Below, one piece after another: positions 59,685-64,000 of a stretch of DNA of 64,000 bases. The translations under genes and the position numbers were made by a program. Each line of letters begins with the position of its first letter. The first letter of the stretch is position 1. Source of the stretch: Macrostomum lignano (taxonomy: Eukaryota). Location: positions 62,001 through 126,000 of the forward strand of contig NIVC01001182.1 of NCBI GenBank assembly GCA_002269645.1. Reading direction: 5' to 3'. The notes below the pieces were generated by a model, which made no database searches, was not told where the DNA came from, and was given only the letters and a program-made list of their open reading frames with translations.

Positions 59685-61005
59685 GTACAGTGGGGAAATT
59701 CCACAATCTGAAGCTGCAAAACAGTGGGGAAATTCCACAATCTAAAGCTGCAAAAAAGTGGGGAAATTCCACAATCTGAGGCTACAAAACAGTGGGGAAA
59801 TTCCACAATCTGAGGCTACAAAACAGTGGGGAAATTCCACAATCTGAGGCTGCAAAACAGTGGGGAAATTCCACAATTTAAAGCTGCAAAACAGTGGGGG
59901 GAAATTCCACAATCTAAAGCTACAAAACAGTAGGGAAATTCCACAATCTGAGGCTGCAAAACAGTGGGGAAATTCCACAATCTGAGGCTACAAAATAGTG
60001 GGGGAATTCCACAATCTAAAGCTGCAAAAAAGTGGGGAAATTCCACAATCTAAAACTGCAAAACAGTGGGGGGAAATTCCACAATCTAAAGCTACAAAAC
60101 AGTGGGGGAATTCCACAATCTGAGGCTACAAAATAGTGGGGAAATTCCACAATCTAAAGCTGCAAAAAAGTGGGGAAATTCCACAATCTAAAGCTACAAA
60201 ACAGTGGGGAAATTCCACAATCTGAGGCTACAAAACAGTGGGGGAATTCCACAATCTAAAGCTACAAGACAGTGGGGAAATTCCACAATCTGAGGCTACA
60301 AAACAGTGGGGAAATTCCACAATCTGAGGCTACAAAACAGTGGGGAAATTCCACAATCTGAGGCTACAAAACAGTGGGGAAATTCCACAATCTGAGGCTA
60401 CAAAACAGTGGGGAAATTCCACAATCTGAGGCTACAAAACAGTGAGGAAATTCCACAATCTGAGGCTACAAACAGTGGGGAAATTCCACAATCTGAGGCT
60501 ACAAAACAGTGGGGGAATTCCACAATCTGAGGCTACAAAACAGTGGGGAAATTCCACAATCTGAGGCTACAAGACAGTGGGGGAATTCCACAATCTGAGG
60601 CTACAAGAAAGTGGGGGAATTCCACAATCTGAGGCTACAAGACAGTGGGGGAATTCCACAATCTGAGGCTACAAAACAGTGGGGGAATTCCACAATCTGA
60701 GGCTACAAGAAAGTGGGGAAATTCCACAATCTGAGACTGCAAGACAGTGGGGAATTCCCCAATCTGAGGCTACAAGACAGTGGGGGAATTCCCCAATCTG
60801 AGGCTACAAGACAGTGGGGGAATTCCACAATCTGAGGCTACAAGAAAGTGGGGGAATTCCACAATCTGAGGCTACAAGACAGTGGGGGAATTCCACAATC
60901 TGAGGCTACAAGACAGTGGGGGAATTCCACAATCTGAGGCTACAAGAAAGTGGGGAAATTCCCCAATCTGAGGCCACAAGACAGTTGGGAAATTCCACAA
61001 TCGTA
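59685..61005. repeat. ~34-bp minisatellite upstream of the AP5B1-like gene
   Basis: CAGTGGGGAAATTCCACAATCTGAGGCTACAAAA units. Confidence 0.96.
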
Positions 61006-61165
61006 AGATATAGGAGCTAGTAGGGAAATTTCACAATAAATATTAGGATGAACTCATTGAAATGCATTGAATTGTTTTCCTCAACTTCCTCAGTTGCTCG
61101 TCGCTTTCAGGCCTAATAATATTACTTCAGTATAATTGCAGTCAGTCGCCAAAAAGAAGTCAAAA

Positions 61166-63392
61166 ATGCCAGCGAATGTTGACTTCAAACGCGCGCTAAA
61201 GGTATTCGCTAACTGTGGCGCATCTTTGTCCAGTCTTGGTTCTCCGTTGTCGCAATTGCGTTTAAATTTTTCTCTGCGTCTTACTACTACTCAACAATAT
61301 AATAGAAGTAGTGAGAGCGAATCTGCAGATTTCGACTTGTCAAGTAATGGAGCTGACGATTTCGCTATCGATACGGAGTGCGTGTTCCAGCTGCAGGAAT
61401 TGCTGTTTAGCGATTCTGCGGAGTCTGGTAAATCTGTCTGTCTGACTGGCAAACTGCATCTGCTGCTGCTCTTGCAGGAGAATGCCGACTCGCTGGTGCG
61501 AACTAGGAATGGGTGAGATGGGACATTGAGGCCGGTCTTTCTTCTAGAGGTGGTCTTCTAGAATGACAGATGGTTTTCTAGAGTGACAGGTGCTCTTCTA
61601 AAGTGACAGGTACTCTTCTAGATCGACAGGTAGTCTTAGAGTGACAGGTGGTCTTCTAGAGTGACAGGTGGTCTTCTAGAGTGACAGGTGGTCTTCGAAA
61701 GTAACAGCTGCTCTTCAAGAGGGACAGGTGCTCTTCTAGAGTGACAGGTAGGTGCTCTTCCAGAGTGACAGGTGCTCTTCCAGAGTGACAGGTGCTCTTC
61801 TAGAGTTACAGGGGCTCTTCTAGAGACAGGTGATCTTCTAGAGTGACAAGTGGTCGTCTAGAGTGACAGGTGGTCTTCAAGAGAGACAAGTGGTCTTCTA
61901 GAGTGACATGTGGTCTTCTAGAGTGACAAGTGGTCTTCAAGAGAGACAAGTGGTCTTCTAGAGTGACAGGTGGTCTTCAAGAGAGACAAGTGGTCTTCTA
62001 GAGTGACAGGTGGTCTTCTAGAGTGACAGGTGGTCTTCTAGAGTGACAGGTGGTCTTCTAGAGTGACAGGTGGTCTTCTAGAGTGACAGGTGGTCTTCAA
62101 GAGAGACAAGTGGTCTTCTAGAGTGACAGGTGGTCTTCTAGAGTGACAGGTGGTCTTCTAGAGTGACAGGTGGTCTTCTAGAGTGACAGGTGGTCTTCTA
62201 GAGTGACAGGTGGTCTTCTAGAGTGACAAGTGGTCTTCTAGAGTGACAGGTGGTCTTCAAGAGAGACAAGTGGTCTTCTAGAGTGACAGGTGGTCTTCTA
62301 GAGGAGCATGTGATTCTTTGAATGGAAATTTTAGTTAAATCTTTGAGTAGTAGATATTGCATTTGTTTAATATACGCATTTAAACGTACCTCCTGCTAGG
62401 AATGGTTATATTTTAACTTTCACTTTCCTTGCCAGTTTGGTCCAGCTGCTGTCATTTCTACTTGACCTGACCAAGTCGCAGCAGCAGCCGCAACATCTGA
62501 CAGCTCAGGCCATGGTCTGCTGCTGCAGCCTCATGATTTCTCGCGATCTGCTTGTGAGTGCTATTAGAATCGCCCATCATCCGCCCCCCCCCCTTAGAAT
62601 CGCCATCATCCGCCCCCCCCCTTAGAATCGCCATCATCCCCCCTTAGAATCGCCATCATCCGCCCCCCCCCTTAAAATCGCCATCATCCGCCCCCCTTGG
62701 AATCGCCATTATCCGCCCCCCTTAGAATCACTCATCATCCGCCCCCCTAGAATCGCTCATCATCCGCCCCCCTTGGAATCGCCATTATCCGCCCCCCTTA
62801 GAATCACTCATCATCCGCCCCCCCCTTGGAATCGCCATTATCCGCCCCCCTTGGAATCGCCATTATCCGCCCCCCTTAGAATCACTCATCATCCGCCCCC
62901 CCCCCCTAGAATCGCTCATCATCCGCCCCCCCCCCTAGAATCGCTCATCATCCGCCCCCCCCTTGGAATCGCCATTATCCGCCCCCCTTAGAATCACTCA
63001 TCGTCCGCCCCCCCTAGAATCGCTCATCATCCGCCCCCCCCCCCTAGAATCGCTCATCATCCGCCCCCCCCTTGGAATCGCCATTATCCGCCCCCCTTAG
63101 AATCGCCCCCTTAGAATCGCCATCATCTGCCCCCCTTAGAATCGCTCATCATCCGCCCCCACCCTTAGAATCGCCATCATCCCCCCTAAAATCACCCATC
63201 ATCCGCCTTTCCCATCTATCAACCGCCCTGTCGCATCTGTTATTATCCAAATTCCAGCGAGACGAGCACCAGCTATGCTCAAAGTTAATCTCCTATCTGC
63301 TGGACATAGTGGGCAGTGTGAATGGCATTCACAACATGCTGCTCAGATTCAGAGCGTTGCAGTGCCTCATCGCACTAGAGGATGCTTACCCT
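61166..63392 (+). CDS. AP5B1: 5' part of a helical-solenoid protein, probably AP-5 complex subunit beta-1; continues beyond the window
   Basis: Exons 61166-61512, 62436-62553, 63258-63392 are GT-AG and phase-consistent. GKLHLLLLLQENADSL, LLSFLLDL and LRFRALQCLIALEDAYP parallel, from memory, the AP5B1 N-terminus (KVSLLALSMEYP...LQATACECLRELE). Identity not verified by search; an upstream coding exon is possible. Confidence 0.5.
61545..62305. repeat. 20-bp minisatellite in AP5B1-like intron 1
   Basis: TGGTCTTCTAGAGTGACAGG units. Confidence 0.96.
62562..63200. repeat. ~24-27-bp minisatellite in AP5B1-like intron 2
   Basis: TTAGAATCGCCATCATCCGCCCCCCC units with a variable C-run. Confidence 0.93.
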
Positions 63393-64000
63393 GTGAGTAG
63401 CCGGCAAAATTGTGTGCCTTTATCATCCCCAGCTTGATTTATTTCTACATCACTGCAACACCTGCTTTCAGTGTCTGCTATCCAAAAAGCTCGACTATTT
63501 TTACGAATATTGCACCAGCGAGAAGACCTACTTGTCGGAGTTTTATTATTCATTGTTTTCCCTGCTGCTGGTTCACGTGTTCGACTCCAGTATGAAGTGA
63601 GCTTTCTGTTTGCTGCAGTATTAAATAGCAAAGGAAGTAAGGCGTAAGTAAGCTGGCAAAACATAAGCGCACGCTATCGAACTGTTTAACGATATGTGCA
63701 TCGGTAGCAACTCTCTCTTGGCAATGGATTACTTCAGGCACATACATTTCGACTTAACAGTTCGAGAAAATATTCACAGAATACTAGCTCACGTGTGTGA
63801 AAAGTAACTAATTAACAGCTGCCCTTGCCGTTAGGGACACCAGGAGTTTATTGAGAATGCGAGAGCTTATAAAACGCTACTGTCGTATGGATACTGATAC
63901 AAACTTCTTGAAAACTTCAACGCATCACCAGATAAATTTCAATTAGCCTTAACATATGTAACAATAATGGGAATTTCATTTAGAAAAGGGCAGTTGTTAA

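Noticed and set aside
54452-61005. CRISPR-like appearance of regular 20-38-bp repeats
   Set aside because: The units are head-to-tail with no unique spacers, there are no cas genes, and the context is eukaryotic.
15705-62305. Many array units contain 6-8-bp palindromes (TGATCA, GGTACC, TCTAGA, ATCGAT, GGCGCC, CAGCTG)
   Set aside because: Roughly a third of the arrays have one, about what chance predicts for 20-35-bp units.

Overview
Eukaryotic (animal) genomic DNA with spliceosomal GT-AG introns. Four co-oriented + strand protein genes were reconstructed by hand with phase-consistent splicing. (1) RRP5/PDCD11: 13 exons, 12500-28560, ~1882 aa. (2) MOB1: intronless, 30853-31596. (3) A P1B-1 Cu(I)-ATPase ATP7: 12 exons, 36241-56739, ~1575 aa, with seven CxxC HMA domains. 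(4) The first three exons of a helical-solenoid protein resembling AP5B1, from 61166 and running off the window. By my rough tally about 30 kb of the 64 kb is tandem repeat: 22 of the 25 complete coding-region introns carry their own minisatellite array, and several arrays in different genes share core motifs. Nearly all long ORFs in the supplied track are artefacts of these arrays. Mobile DNA includes a Tc1-derived foldback with perfect 253-bp arms, an older AT-rich foldback, a Harbinger-type MITE, tRNA-derived SINEs and a DINE-1/Helentron-like end. The architecture resembles the minisatellite-rich flatworm Macrostomum, but that assignment is inference only. Most interesting signals: the intron-by-intron minisatellite colonisation; an 18-bp array whose units are each in-frame splice acceptors for ATP7; the 7-HMA ATP7 with SEHA replacing SEHP; a local CpG-decay zone upstream of RRP5.
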